This document shows positions 18,485 through 28,750 of a DNA stretch of 63,177 nt, piece after piece. The translations under genes were made by a program, and so were the position numbers. The notes beneath the pieces were generated by a model. That model saw only the letters and a program-made list of their open reading frames with translations. It did no database searches and was not told the origin of the DNA. The stretch spans positions 1 through 63,177 of the forward strand of contig JAHFGL010000009.1 of the NCBI GenBank assembly GCA_023247445.1, read 5' to 3'. How positions within the stretch are numbered: position 1 is the first letter of the stretch; each line of letters begins with the position of its first letter. The DNA is from Candidatus Omnitrophota bacterium. Its GTDB lineage: Bacteria > Omnitrophota > Gorgyraeia > Zapsychrales > Zapsychraceae.

Positions 18485-19683
18485 GACTTTATTCCTAACT
18501 CCTTAAATATTCCTAAATAAGTCTTACAGATATCAAACCAGTTTCGCTCACGGATCACGTATTCTCGTCCTTGTTTGGCAATTTTTTGCATCTCACTAAA
18601 ATGGTTGAGCGCATAAAGACATTTGTCAGTCAAGTCTTTGTCATCGCCGGCTTTAAACAAAATGCCGTTGTAACCATCCTTAACCAATTCTTTAATTCCT
18701 CCCACATCACTACCAATCACAATTTTTTCAAGCGCCATCGCCTCCAAAGGCTTGAGTGGCGTGACAAGTTCGGTAATGCGTTTAGAAATTCGTGGATAAA
18801 CCAAAACATCAATGACTGAATAAAATTTCTGAACGTCATCATGTTTAACGCGGCCAGAAAATATAATCTGATCCGCGAGCCCTAATTCCTGGACCATATC
18901 TTTGAGCTTTTGTTCTTGCAGCCCGCCGCCGACGAATATAAATTTAACATCTTTTCGCGCAAAAAGCACATCTTTCGCCGCTTTTATCAAAAGCTCTAAA
19001 CCTTCAAATTCAAAGAAGGTTCCAATAAAACCAAAGACCTTGTGACCAGCTAAGCCGTACTTTTTAATGAGTTCTTGATCCGCCGCTTGAGGTGTAAATC
19101 CCGATACGTCTACCCCATTAGAGATAATGGTAATTTTATTTTCAGGGATTCCACGCCCCATAATATCTTTTTTTAATCCTTCACAAATAACCGTAATGTG
19201 ATCCGCTTTTTTGATTACGTCCGTTTCAATTTGGCGGGTCAAATTGTAACGCAGACTCCCCTCTTTCGTTTTACCCTGATCAACTGCCGCATCTTCCCAC
19301 AACGCACGGATTTCGTAGATTAAAGGGACGCCATGCTTCTTGGCTAAATCAACCCCCGCCAAACCATTTAAAACAGATGAGTGTGCGCTAATGGCTTTAA
19401 AATCAGATCGCCAATTTTTATCAATCGTCGCCTTGATATTTTCAACAACGCATTTCTCTTTAAGGACAGGAAACTTTCTAATCACATTCCAGCCAGGCAT
19501 TACTGAACGCACATAATTCACGCCATTAATGGATTCGGTATTATTTTTATACGAAAAGATCGGCGAACTAAAGACAGTTAGTGGCACACCGAGCTTATGA
19601 AGTGACTCTGTGATGTAGCGGCTGCGCATACTGTAACCGCTGACAAGCGGTGATGTTTGATCAAATATTTGGATAAGCGACAT
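18481..19683 (-). CDS. family 4 glycosyltransferase
   Basis: GT-B fold with the C-terminal EX7E-type region (PRISKRITELVTPLKPLEAMA). Confidence 0.85.
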   Translation of the reverse strand: MSLIQIFDQTSPLVSGYSMRSRYITESLHKLGVPLTVFSSPIFSYKNNTESINGVNYVRSVMPGWNVIRKFPVLKEKCVVENIKATIDKNWRSDFKAISAHSSVLNGLAGVDLAKKHGVPLIYEIRALWEDAAVDQGKTKEGSLRYNLTRQIETDVIKKADHITVICEGLKKDIMGRGIPENKITIISNGVDVSGFTPQAADQELIKKYGLAGHKVFGFIGTFFEFEGLELLIKAAKDVLFARKDVKFIFVGGGLQEQKLKDMVQELGLADQIIFSGRVKHDDVQKFYSVIDVLVYPRISKRITELVTPLKPLEAMALEKIVIGSDVGGIKELVKDGYNGILFKAGDDKDLTDKCLYALNHFSEMQKIAKQGREYVIRERNWFDICKTYLGIFKELGIKS

Positions 19684-19684
19684 A

Positions 19685-20608
19685 TTATTTCCTCAAGCGA
19701 TCAACAATGCGATCAATACTGGCTAAATATCCTCGTTTAGGAATAAAATCCGTTTTGGTATTTACGTTTCCATTTTTAAAATGAAGACCAACGTCTTTGA
19801 TAGTTTTAACTTCAAAATTAGAATTTGTTGAAAGATAGTTCATCAGATTCTTAAACTTATCAATCCGGATTTGGTCAACGCTATACTCTGTTCGCGCCTT
19901 ATTCCACTTAATAAAACTAAAGCTGTGATAAACCAAGTTGACGACAGGAGCTCCCTCCTGATGAAATGTTTCAAGAAGCTCTTTGGTTTCGTTATAAGAA
20001 TTCCCGTCTGTCGACACCAATCGAAACGGGCTAAAAACCCCAAGCGGAACACATTCAAAAACGCTCGCCGGAATTTCTAATAAACCATCCTGCCACACGG
20101 AAATATTCTTTGTCAGCGCTGGATTGTTTAATGCGCAGTTGGACCAACCAAAAAACATCGAACTATCGATCCAGATATCATTAGCTGTTAAAGCCTTGAG
20201 CGTATCATAATTCGCCGCCCAATCCCCTGCTCGATGCGCAATGGGAGTCGTGGCAAACCATTCGTAAAACAGCTCTTTACCTTTTTTAATAATTTCAATT
20301 TGCTCATTAAGACTGTAATCTTTCATCCCCGAGCGCTTAGGATCAAATGTTCCTTGCGGATGAGTATGTAATTGTAAATCGTGCCCTTGCTTCTTAAGCT
20401 CATCAATAGCTTGTACAAACGATTTTAAAAATGGTTTGTTGATGGTATAAACATCGACGAAAAATGTAGCCTTAAAGTCATACTCCTTTAAAATCTTTAC
20501 AAATAACGGGAGACCATACGAATGACCATCAATTATTCCTGAGATGCCCATATCTTCAGGGTGGCTTGAGAATTCAGTATCAACGGTAATGGTAACGAGT
20601 GTTTTCAT
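19685..20608 (-). CDS. polysaccharide deacetylase-like protein (CE4-like)
   Basis: TITVDTEF...ATFFVDVY...LQLHTHP motifs. ATG at 20608 forms an ATGA overlap with the upstream stop. The longer ORF starts at a TTG. Confidence 0.6.
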   Translation of the reverse strand: MKTLVTITVDTEFSSHPEDMGISGIIDGHSYGLPLFVKILKEYDFKATFFVDVYTINKPFLKSFVQAIDELKKQGHDLQLHTHPQGTFDPKRSGMKDYSLNEQIEIIKKGKELFYEWFATTPIAHRAGDWAANYDTLKALTANDIWIDSSMFFGWSNCALNNPALTKNISVWQDGLLEIPASVFECVPLGVFSPFRLVSTDGNSYNETKELLETFHQEGAPVVNLVYHSFSFIKWNKARTEYSVDQIRIDKFKNLMNYLSTNSNFEVKTIKDVGLHFKNGNVNTKTDFIPKRGYLASIDRIVDRLRK

Positions 20609-21714
20609 TTTAAAATTTGATAAAGTCGCTGAGCATTTTCTTCCCAACTCAAAACCGACATTAAAGAAAGATCATCTTGCTTAACAAAAATGTCATTTAA
20701 TCCGCGAGCCAAATCTTGTGTATCTTTGGGATTAACCAAGATGGACTTTGAGTAACTGGCCAACAATTCTGGGATCGCTCCAACTTTTGTGGCAACAATA
20801 GAGCTATTACAGCCGATCGCCTCCACAATCACATTTGGACAGCCTTCGTTTAAACTCGGCAGACAAAACACATCAGAGGCATTCATCCACGTTGGAATCT
20901 CTTCGTGTTTTACTTTCCCAACAAATTTTACACGCTCTGCCAATCCCAAGGTGTTAACCTGCTGAACTAATTCTTCTTTTAATTCTCCCTCGCCAACAAT
21001 ATTAAGATGGATGTCTGTTGATAAAGTTTTCATCGCCTCAATTAAAAATGTTAAACCTTTCACGGGAACTAAATTGCCAATAAACAAAATAAATTTTTTA
21101 TTGTTGTCCAAGGACAATTTCTGTCGACACACATTTTTATCCAAATGTTTAAAAAGCGTTTTATCGATTCCGTTTGGAATAATGATGATCTTTGCTTCAC
21201 TTATTCCCACCCTGGTCATCTTATTTTTTAATGGACGACTAACCGAAACAATACCTTTAGCTTGCTCAAATGCCTTGGTAATAAATTTTTGACGCCATAG
21301 ACTTTCAAACCCGACATTAATATCAGATCCATGAACTTTGCATACCAGAGGTTTATTGAGTTCTTTGGCCAGTAAACTCGCCGCATAACAATCTGGATAC
21401 GCCCATGTTGCCAAAATAACATCAAAATTAAATTCCTTTTGAATCCTGCGGGCTAACTGTCGTATGGCGAAATAATAAAACCAGCCGGTCAATATCCGTC
21501 CAATCTTTGGAATAACGCAATGTCGTGGATGATAGGTCTTGATGCCCCCAATTATCTCTTCTTCCTTAATATTAGATGATGGCAAAAATGGCAATGGGGC
21601 AATAACACGTAAGTTACAAAGCTTGGCTAATTCTAGAAATTGTTGTTTATTAAAAATCCCTCTTTGTGGCTCAATAGAATTAGGAAACAAATTCGTAATA
21701 ACAAGTACGTTCAT
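20605..21714 (-). CDS. family 4 glycosyltransferase
   Basis: GT-B architecture with C-terminal PSLNEGCPNVIVEAIGCNSSIVATKVG. Confidence 0.85.
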   Translation of the reverse strand: MNVLVITNLFPNSIEPQRGIFNKQQFLELAKLCNLRVIAPLPFLPSSNIKEEEIIGGIKTYHPRHCVIPKIGRILTGWFYYFAIRQLARRIQKEFNFDVILATWAYPDCYAASLLAKELNKPLVCKVHGSDINVGFESLWRQKFITKAFEQAKGIVSVSRPLKNKMTRVGISEAKIIIIPNGIDKTLFKHLDKNVCRQKLSLDNNKKFILFIGNLVPVKGLTFLIEAMKTLSTDIHLNIVGEGELKEELVQQVNTLGLAERVKFVGKVKHEEIPTWMNASDVFCLPSLNEGCPNVIVEAIGCNSSIVATKVGAIPELLASYSKSILVNPKDTQDLARGLNDIFVKQDDLSLMSVLSWEENAQRLYQILK

Positions 21715-21730
21715 AAACTTCTCTTTAGTA

Positions 21731-22555
21731 TTAAGATTTTTTTAAACCAATATCGAGCCAGGGCAAAAAGGCTTCAATGGGAACACCCAGCATTGGACAA
21801 AGGGTTGCTTTAATCAGACGAAGAAAAAATACCACAATATTGGCCTGTAGCTTTTTAAGTGAGGACATTTCTTTATCCTGCAACCGCTGTGCATATCGAG
21901 TTAGTCCATCTCTGGGCAAGCTTTGATTAAGCACAACATATTTTTGCGGTTTAATAGCGTTTACAATCTCCCAATAGCTGATACCACGCGGACTGGTTGT
22001 TTTCGATGGAATATAATTAATAAACCATTTGCCCGTATGCATCTCAATGGGGTAAATTCCATTGGATGATCCCCCAATAAACAGAATTCCATTAGGTTTT
22101 AGAATTCGCCACATTTCTCTTATATATAGGTGACGATCGGTGGGGATGTACTCAAGAACTGAATGACAAATGCAAATGTCAAAAGTTTCACTCGGGAATG
22201 GTAATTTAGAAGTATCGGCTAAATACGACACCTTAATCAAATCATCTAAATGATGCTTTTTAATCCTGGCGGCAGCAACATCAATATTCATCTGATCTGG
22301 TTCAACACCGATCACCTTCGCTGCGCTTAAACCCAAAGCAACGGATGATCCTCCCGTGCCACAGCCAAAATCAAAAATCAGTTTATCTTTTAGAGGGGTA
22401 AACTCGTTAAGCAAAGGAACAAAATTCTTAAGATGCCTTTGTTCAAGGGTCATGAAATCATCAAACCATTTTTGATAGCGCGGATGAGCTTCCTTGCCTT
22501 TCAATAAAAGCTTGATCATCTTAACCAAATCATCATCTTGAGATATTGTGTTCAT
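21731..22555 (-). CDS. class I SAM-dependent methyltransferase
   Basis: DFGCGTGGSS SAM loop and DICICHSVLEY. Confidence 0.8.
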   Translation of the reverse strand: MNTISQDDDLVKMIKLLLKGKEAHPRYQKWFDDFMTLEQRHLKNFVPLLNEFTPLKDKLIFDFGCGTGGSSVALGLSAAKVIGVEPDQMNIDVAAARIKKHHLDDLIKVSYLADTSKLPFPSETFDICICHSVLEYIPTDRHLYIREMWRILKPNGILFIGGSSNGIYPIEMHTGKWFINYIPSKTTSPRGISYWEIVNAIKPQKYVVLNQSLPRDGLTRYAQRLQDKEMSSLKKLQANIVVFFLRLIKATLCPMLGVPIEAFLPWLDIGLKKS

Positions 22556-23646
22556 TTCTTGCAGATTTCCTCATATAATTCTTCATAGTCCATTGTCATG
22601 CGATCCAAGTTAAAGAATGTGTGTGCCCGCGCTCGGCCCGCCTCACCAAATTTACTGATCAACGATCGATTCGCATAAAAACGCATAACAGCCGCTTCGA
22701 TGCGTTCTGGAAATCCACAGGGAACGATTAAGCCAGTTTCGCCTTCGACAACAACTTCTGGGTTGCCACCGACTTTGGTGGCCACAACCGGTTTACCCGC
22801 AGCCATCGCTTCTAATAGAGCCAACGACATTCCTTCGGAATAGGAAGATAAAACAAAGACGTCAAATATTTGTAACAATTTTACCGTATCCGAGCGATAA
22901 CCCAAGAATTTAACATGATCTTTAATCTCAAATTCTTCTGCCATCTCAATAAGCTTATCTTTTAAAAGGCCATCACCCACGATCACAAGACTCGCGTTCA
23001 CCTTCTTCTGAATCAACTTACGAAAGGCTTTAAGAAGCGTGCCGTGATCTTTTTCTTTCGCCAAACGACCAACGGTTCCAATCACAAAACGATCATCGGC
23101 AATTCCAATCTCCGTCTTCAATTTTTTATTTTCTTCCGGCGTTAACCTAACATCAAAGGCCTTAACATTAATTCCATTATGGATCACTTTAATTTTATTT
23201 GGGTTGATACGATTAGATTTAATCAAACACTCTTTAGCTTCGTTCGAAATGGAGACGATTGTTTTATTAAGAGCCCAAAAAAGAGGATTAATAGACTCCA
23301 CTTGCCGTCCATGCCGGGTATTTATCAGATGATGATTAAAACTCAGTTGCCCGGCCAAGGTTCCATAGATCAAAGGGGCAATGTTATGGGTATGAATAAC
23401 ATCAAATTTCTGCTGGCTAATTAAACTTTTAAGCTGAAAAATTAAATTTAAATCAATGCCGTCTTTTTTATCAAATGTTGTAACGGGTAGTTGACTGTTA
23501 TGGGCTAAGGTCTTTAGATCGCCACCTTTTTGTAGACACGCCAGCTGAACCTGATGTCCTCGTTTATTAAGCTCGATGGAAAGATCAATAACAAATTTTT
23601 CCAGTCCGCCGCAATCCAAACTATTAAGAATATGTAATATTTTCAT
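22552..23646 (-). CDS. family 4 glycosyltransferase
   Basis: MKILHILNSLDCGGLEKFV... N-terminus and SSYSEGMSLALLEAMAAGKPVVATKVGGNPEVV. Confidence 0.88.
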   Translation of the reverse strand: MKILHILNSLDCGGLEKFVIDLSIELNKRGHQVQLACLQKGGDLKTLAHNSQLPVTTFDKKDGIDLNLIFQLKSLISQQKFDVIHTHNIAPLIYGTLAGQLSFNHHLINTRHGRQVESINPLFWALNKTIVSISNEAKECLIKSNRINPNKIKVIHNGINVKAFDVRLTPEENKKLKTEIGIADDRFVIGTVGRLAKEKDHGTLLKAFRKLIQKKVNASLVIVGDGLLKDKLIEMAEEFEIKDHVKFLGYRSDTVKLLQIFDVFVLSSYSEGMSLALLEAMAAGKPVVATKVGGNPEVVVEGETGLIVPCGFPERIEAAVMRFYANRSLISKFGEAGRARAHTFFNLDRMTMDYEELYEEICKK

Positions 23647-23684
23647 TCCAATTCCCCTTCGAGTACTTTTTGTAGGTCAATATA

Positions 23685-26006
23685 TCAGCTAATTTTGGTC
23701 TTAACGTTATTTTTTTCAAGAAAATATTGAGCGGCGTCAAATGCTTCTTCTGCCGAAATCGCCTGCATGCATTCAACAGCGCATCCCATCTCTTCGCTTT
23801 CTGTGCAAATCAAACTACAAGGCAACTGATGATAAAGTGTTTGCTTACGATCTGTCCAAGGCGAACACGTGCTGGGATGATTGGCCCCGAACAAACCAAC
23901 CACTGGAACATTTAAAGCACCGGCCATATGCATCGGACCGCTGTCTAAACAAACACATAAAGAACTTATTTCAATTAAAGCAGCCAACTGCATCAACTGT
24001 AATTGGCCCGTAAGATTGACCGCCTTATGTTTCATCAGAAAACATATATCGGAAGCAACGTTTAGATCAGCCTTCCCCCCACAAATAACGACTTGCGCGC
24101 CCTCTTTTTCAATTAATCGATCAGCAAGCTGCGCCCATTTTACAACATCCCAACGTTTAAATCGGCTATGCACGCCAGGATGAAAAGAGATAATATTATT
24201 CTTGCCAATATCGATGCCCCTTTTACGCAAAATATCTTTTAAGGTTTGTCGATGTTCATCGGAAACAAAAAGATTTATTTTTGGTTGATCTTCGTTTGTG
24301 ATCCCTACGTATCGTAAAATATTTTTAGCTTGGATGGGACGGCGTAAATCTTCCAAGGGCAATTTCTTTCCAAAGGCTTTATTAAAGAATCTTTTCATAT
24401 AATCTTCATGAAGAAAAAATCGACTATCAACCCAATATCGACTCGATTTTAGTAAAGGAAGTATCAATGTTCCTAAGCTGCCACGCATATCAACAATCAG
24501 ATCGTACTCCTCTTTTCGCACATTTTTAAGTGCACTGAGCTTCTGACTAATACTCCATTTTGTACTGCTTCGATTTAACCAATCGCAATTATACGGAATA
24601 ACTTTTCTAATCGATGGATTTGCCTTGTATAAATCCTTTGTCCATTCACCGACCATGACATCAACGGTCGCTTGCGGAAATTTTTTCTTTAAGATAGAAA
24701 AAATGGGACTACTTAAAACACCATCGCCAATGTAATCCAACAAGACAATTAAAATCTTCTTTATCTGTTGCCGATCGGAAATCTTTTGGCGTGGATATAA
24801 TAATAACTTAATAACATACGCCATAAATTGCGTTCGTAGGCGATGTCGGACCGTGGCTTTAAAATGATTTTCTAGGATATTGGAATAGATTTCTTCGAGT
24901 TGACGAACGTATCGATCTAGATGGAAAAATTGTTCCACATATTTTCGGCCTTCAAGTCCCATCAATTCGCGCTTATCAGAATTTGTCAAAAGCTCTCTGA
25001 CATATTTGGTGAGCGAAAGAACATCATCCGCTTGAACTAAGAATCCAGTTTTATTATGTGAAATCGCCTCTGGGATTCCATTAACGGATGAAGCCACAAC
25101 TGGTTTAGCACAACCCATGGCTTCTAGAATAACTAATGGCAACCCTTCTTCTTTAGATGGCAGCACAAACAAATCACAAGCAGAGACATATTCATGAGGA
25201 TTTGAACAATAGCCTAAAAAGTCAACACTCTCAGCTATATTCAATGAATTAGCTAGTTCTTTAAGAATTGATGTGTAACCGGTATTAGATTCTTTCTCTG
25301 TTCCAATAATTTGAAATTTCACCTCTTTATTTTCCACTAAAATATCCTTGGCCATGAGCAAGAATTCTTTTTGTCCTTTTCGAAGAGACAAATCGCCGAT
25401 TGTGGTGACAATGAAACAATCATTTCTTATATTCAATTTTCTTCGTAATTGTGTTTTCTCCTCTGGGCTTATGGGGTGAAACAAGGATCCATCAATCGCA
25501 TTAATAAGGACACGCAGGGATGTTCGGCGAGGAACCGGCTTTAAATATTGTTTAACACATTGGGCAATATCTGCGCAGCAGCATATTAAACTATCAGGAG
25601 GAATAATGAGCGCATAATCAAGATCGTCTTTTATCGTTGGAGAATGTAAATGACAAACAATTTTTCTCTGGGTCAAACGAGCTGCGATCGCACAAGGCCG
25701 ATAAACACCCAATCCATTAACATGAACGAGCGTTATATTTTCCTTTAGAATCCAAAAAACATACCGAGCCACCAATACGAGAAAAGAAAAGATATCCTTC
25801 TTGGAATATTTTTTCTTATTTGAAACAATAGCAAACTTGATATTCTTTTTCTTTAGCTCATCTTCCAATTTACCTTTTTCAGGCAATAAAACAATAGGCT
25901 CAAACTTAGTCCTATCCAACCGCTCAAGAATGTTGAGCAAGATCCCCTCGCCGCCGCCTAGTCTAGAGGTGGTCGATATATACAATATTTTATCTTTATG
26001 TTTCAT
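23685..26006 (-). CDS. fusion of a GT4 glycosyltransferase (N) and a GT9 heptosyltransferase-like domain (C)
   Basis: Residues 1 to about 390 are GT4 (PSKEEGLPLVILEAMGCAKPVVASSVNGIPE). Residues from about 410 to 773 are GT9-like (KILIVLLDYIGDGVLSSPIF...CLDSGPMHMAGALNVPVVGLFG). Confidence 0.8.
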   Translation of the reverse strand: MKHKDKILYISTTSRLGGGEGILLNILERLDRTKFEPIVLLPEKGKLEDELKKKNIKFAIVSNKKKYSKKDIFSFLVLVARYVFWILKENITLVHVNGLGVYRPCAIAARLTQRKIVCHLHSPTIKDDLDYALIIPPDSLICCCADIAQCVKQYLKPVPRRTSLRVLINAIDGSLFHPISPEEKTQLRRKLNIRNDCFIVTTIGDLSLRKGQKEFLLMAKDILVENKEVKFQIIGTEKESNTGYTSILKELANSLNIAESVDFLGYCSNPHEYVSACDLFVLPSKEEGLPLVILEAMGCAKPVVASSVNGIPEAISHNKTGFLVQADDVLSLTKYVRELLTNSDKRELMGLEGRKYVEQFFHLDRYVRQLEEIYSNILENHFKATVRHRLRTQFMAYVIKLLLYPRQKISDRQQIKKILIVLLDYIGDGVLSSPIFSILKKKFPQATVDVMVGEWTKDLYKANPSIRKVIPYNCDWLNRSSTKWSISQKLSALKNVRKEEYDLIVDMRGSLGTLILPLLKSSRYWVDSRFFLHEDYMKRFFNKAFGKKLPLEDLRRPIQAKNILRYVGITNEDQPKINLFVSDEHRQTLKDILRKRGIDIGKNNIISFHPGVHSRFKRWDVVKWAQLADRLIEKEGAQVVICGGKADLNVASDICFLMKHKAVNLTGQLQLMQLAALIEISSLCVCLDSGPMHMAGALNVPVVGLFGANHPSTCSPWTDRKQTLYHQLPCSLICTESEEMGCAVECMQAISAEEAFDAAQYFLEKNNVKTKIS

Positions 26007-27484
26007 TTTGTTTTCTTAAACATTCGTTTACCAAAACTCTTTAGTTCATTGAAATCTTCTGGGAATCCAAATTGAAGCATACAAAAATAAATCATGACGC
26101 CTAAGCCTGTGTCAGTTAGAAATCGTGACCACCGGGGCCACAACTCTAGTCCAAGCAACTTATTAAACAGGTATAAACTTAAAATCATCATTGATGAACT
26201 AATAAACGCTGGCGTTAGCGCGGCAAAATAACTACGAAAGGATGCGTTAAGAAATTTTAAACTGATCTTAGCCAAAATAAGATTCAAGCTCGCCATCAGA
26301 GCCATGGCAGAAGCAACCCCATTAATTCCCCATCGTGAGCCAATCCAGACGGCCACGATCGTCAGTGGCAGCATAAACGATTGCCATTTTAAACTAACAT
26401 CTGGTCGTCCCAACGAAATACATAAGGTGCTCGATACGGATGTTATGGATAAAACCGCCCCAGAAAGACAAAGAATCTTCAGTGGAATAATCGAAGGCGT
26501 CCACCGCACTCCATAAACTAGTAAAATAAAATCCTCCGCCATAAAAAACAAGGCAAACATCAGTGGAAACGTAACGATAGAAATAAAATTAATTGTTTTA
26601 AGAAATCCTCTTAAAATTCTATCCTTTTCATCGTGGACCTTACAATACAACGGATAAACAACATCGAGGATATTCTCAACAATATGAGTCAGGACCAAGT
26701 GTGGTAAGGCAAACGAAAATTGATAATAGCCAAGGTTAGCCGATCCCAAAAATCGTCCGGTAACGATATAATCGATATTTGAATTAAAATAGTTTAAAAA
26801 GCATATGCCGTATAAATTCTTGCCAAAATGAAATAGCCCTTTAAACCTTTCTTTGTCAAAGAGAAGCTTAATGCGCCACTTCCCCCAAGCAGCAAACAGA
26901 CAAGTCTTCACAATTCTTTCCCCGATCATTCCCATGATTAAACTCCATACGCCAAACCCACTCATCGCTAAAATAAGTGTAATTAAAACGCGAACACCTG
27001 TAGAAATCATTTCAATAATGGCAATGGATTTAAAATTTAAACTTCGCATCATAAGGACATGATACGTGCTCGCCATTGCAGAAAAAATAAAGTTAAGCGA
27101 TAAACAAACGATGATGGAAGTTAAGATAGGCTCGTGAAAGAACGTGGCCACGACAGGGGAAAGAACCAAGCATAAAACAGTAAGAATTAACCCACTACAA
27201 AAATTTGCCCAATAAACGGTTGAGACATCTCTATCATCTATTTCTTTTCTTTGAATGAGCGCCCCGCCGACCCCAATATTGCCAAATAAATTGACAATAT
27301 CCATAAAAAGAACCGCCATCCCCAAAATACCAAAATCTTGAGGGCTTAATAAACGCGCCAAAAGAATTGTTGTTAGGAATCTTGTCGTACTAATACTAAT
27401 GGTTTTAAGAAAGGCCCAGAAGGTATTTTGCGAGGCATTCGTCGTTAGGGATTCTCCACCGATCGTGTTCGAAGAATAACTCAT
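26003..27484 (-). CDS. Wzx-type polysaccharide flippase (MOP superfamily)
   Basis: 493 aa with about 12-14 TM helices. N-terminal pattern typical of polysaccharide biosynthesis protein family members. Confidence 0.85.
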   Translation of the reverse strand: MSYSSNTIGGESLTTNASQNTFWAFLKTISISTTRFLTTILLARLLSPQDFGILGMAVLFMDIVNLFGNIGVGGALIQRKEIDDRDVSTVYWANFCSGLILTVLCLVLSPVVATFFHEPILTSIIVCLSLNFIFSAMASTYHVLMMRSLNFKSIAIIEMISTGVRVLITLILAMSGFGVWSLIMGMIGERIVKTCLFAAWGKWRIKLLFDKERFKGLFHFGKNLYGICFLNYFNSNIDYIVTGRFLGSANLGYYQFSFALPHLVLTHIVENILDVVYPLYCKVHDEKDRILRGFLKTINFISIVTFPLMFALFFMAEDFILLVYGVRWTPSIIPLKILCLSGAVLSITSVSSTLCISLGRPDVSLKWQSFMLPLTIVAVWIGSRWGINGVASAMALMASLNLILAKISLKFLNASFRSYFAALTPAFISSSMMILSLYLFNKLLGLELWPRWSRFLTDTGLGVMIYFCMLQFGFPEDFNELKSFGKRMFKKTK

Positions 27485-27490
27485 CTTAAA

Positions 27491-28750
27491 TTAAAGCCCG
27501 ATCTTGATAATGATATATGTCATAAGTAAAACACCCAGCGAGAGCAGGAAACTTATTAGGGCATCTTTTTTGGTAAATTTAATATCGAGGTCTTTATTTG
27601 TTTGATAGGCAATCCACAACAAAGCCCCCGAAAATGCAAACAAAAGATACGGCAAAATGACATAGGCCCGGGATAGAAAAAATGCAGCGGCACAAAAACC
27701 AATTAAACTGGATTGAAGACCAATCGCATAAGGCCTTAATCTCGGGACATTATTTTGTACAATCGTAAGCCCCTTATAAGAACTATAAATTAATGCTACC
27801 CAGAAAAACAATCCAATAAATCCTAATTCGGCAGCAATCTGCATGAAAGAGTTATGTGTAGTTTGCGGCAGCTCTTCCATAAACATGTTCTGCCCAACAC
27901 CAAAAAACGGATTTGATTTTAACATGAGCATCCCCTCATACCACAGTTCAACCCGATTAAAAGCTGATTCTTCCTGAACTGAGATAAGACCCGCACGGGA
28001 TGGACCCAAGGCTAAAATGGCAGCCGCCAGGATCGCGCCGATAACTCCTCCTAACACAAACTTCCTTGTTAATCTGACGAAAAAGAAATACGTTGTGACC
28101 ATAAGGGCCAATAACCCACCACGAGAATTCGTCAAATATATTCCATAAAAAAGAGCGGCAATTAAACCAATAACCAAAACCCTTGTCAATGGATTGATCT
28201 TCTTTCCAAAAGCAAATGGAAGTAAAAGCCCAATGGCCACGACAAAAATAAGAGCCAAATCGTTGGGGTCATTAAAAATTCCAATCCAGTTAATGCGATA
28301 TTCATTGCGGGTAACATCAAAGGTGAGCTCTTGTCCAGCCCATCCATACATATTCTTTAACTGATAAATTCCTTGAGGAACTAAAATAACAATTAAGCCA
28401 ACAATAAACCAAATTGAAATCTTAAATTTCTTTTCTGTGTTGATCGCGTTTAAAACAAGATAAAAGAATATAAAGTTAACTAAAAATGACTGGAAGGACA
28501 AAACCATCCCCTCAAAATACGTATGAACAATGTGGGACATTAAAATGGAAAAATAAAAACCCAACATTAATATATTTTGTGGGCCTCTAGCATAAGTAGT
28601 TTTCTTAAAAGCCATGTGCTCTAACCCCAACAAAACAAGTGTCGTATAACCTAAAATTTCAATCGGACGAGTCTGCATAAAGACCAGGATCCAATCCTGC
28701 GGTCGGATAAATGTACAGAAAAAGTAAAGAAGCAGTGCAATAAAACTCAT
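27491..28750 (-). CDS. O-antigen ligase/polymerase-like membrane protein (Wzy-type)
   Basis: 419 aa, polytopic, with a large loop carrying NSRGGLLAL...H-containing motifs typical of the O-antigen ligase family. Confidence 0.75.
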   Translation of the reverse strand: MSFIALLLYFFCTFIRPQDWILVFMQTRPIEILGYTTLVLLGLEHMAFKKTTYARGPQNILMLGFYFSILMSHIVHTYFEGMVLSFQSFLVNFIFFYLVLNAINTEKKFKISIWFIVGLIVILVPQGIYQLKNMYGWAGQELTFDVTRNEYRINWIGIFNDPNDLALIFVVAIGLLLPFAFGKKINPLTRVLVIGLIAALFYGIYLTNSRGGLLALMVTTYFFFVRLTRKFVLGGVIGAILAAAILALGPSRAGLISVQEESAFNRVELWYEGMLMLKSNPFFGVGQNMFMEELPQTTHNSFMQIAAELGFIGLFFWVALIYSSYKGLTIVQNNVPRLRPYAIGLQSSLIGFCAAAFFLSRAYVILPYLLFAFSGALLWIAYQTNKDLDIKFTKKDALISFLLSLGVLLMTYIIIKIGL

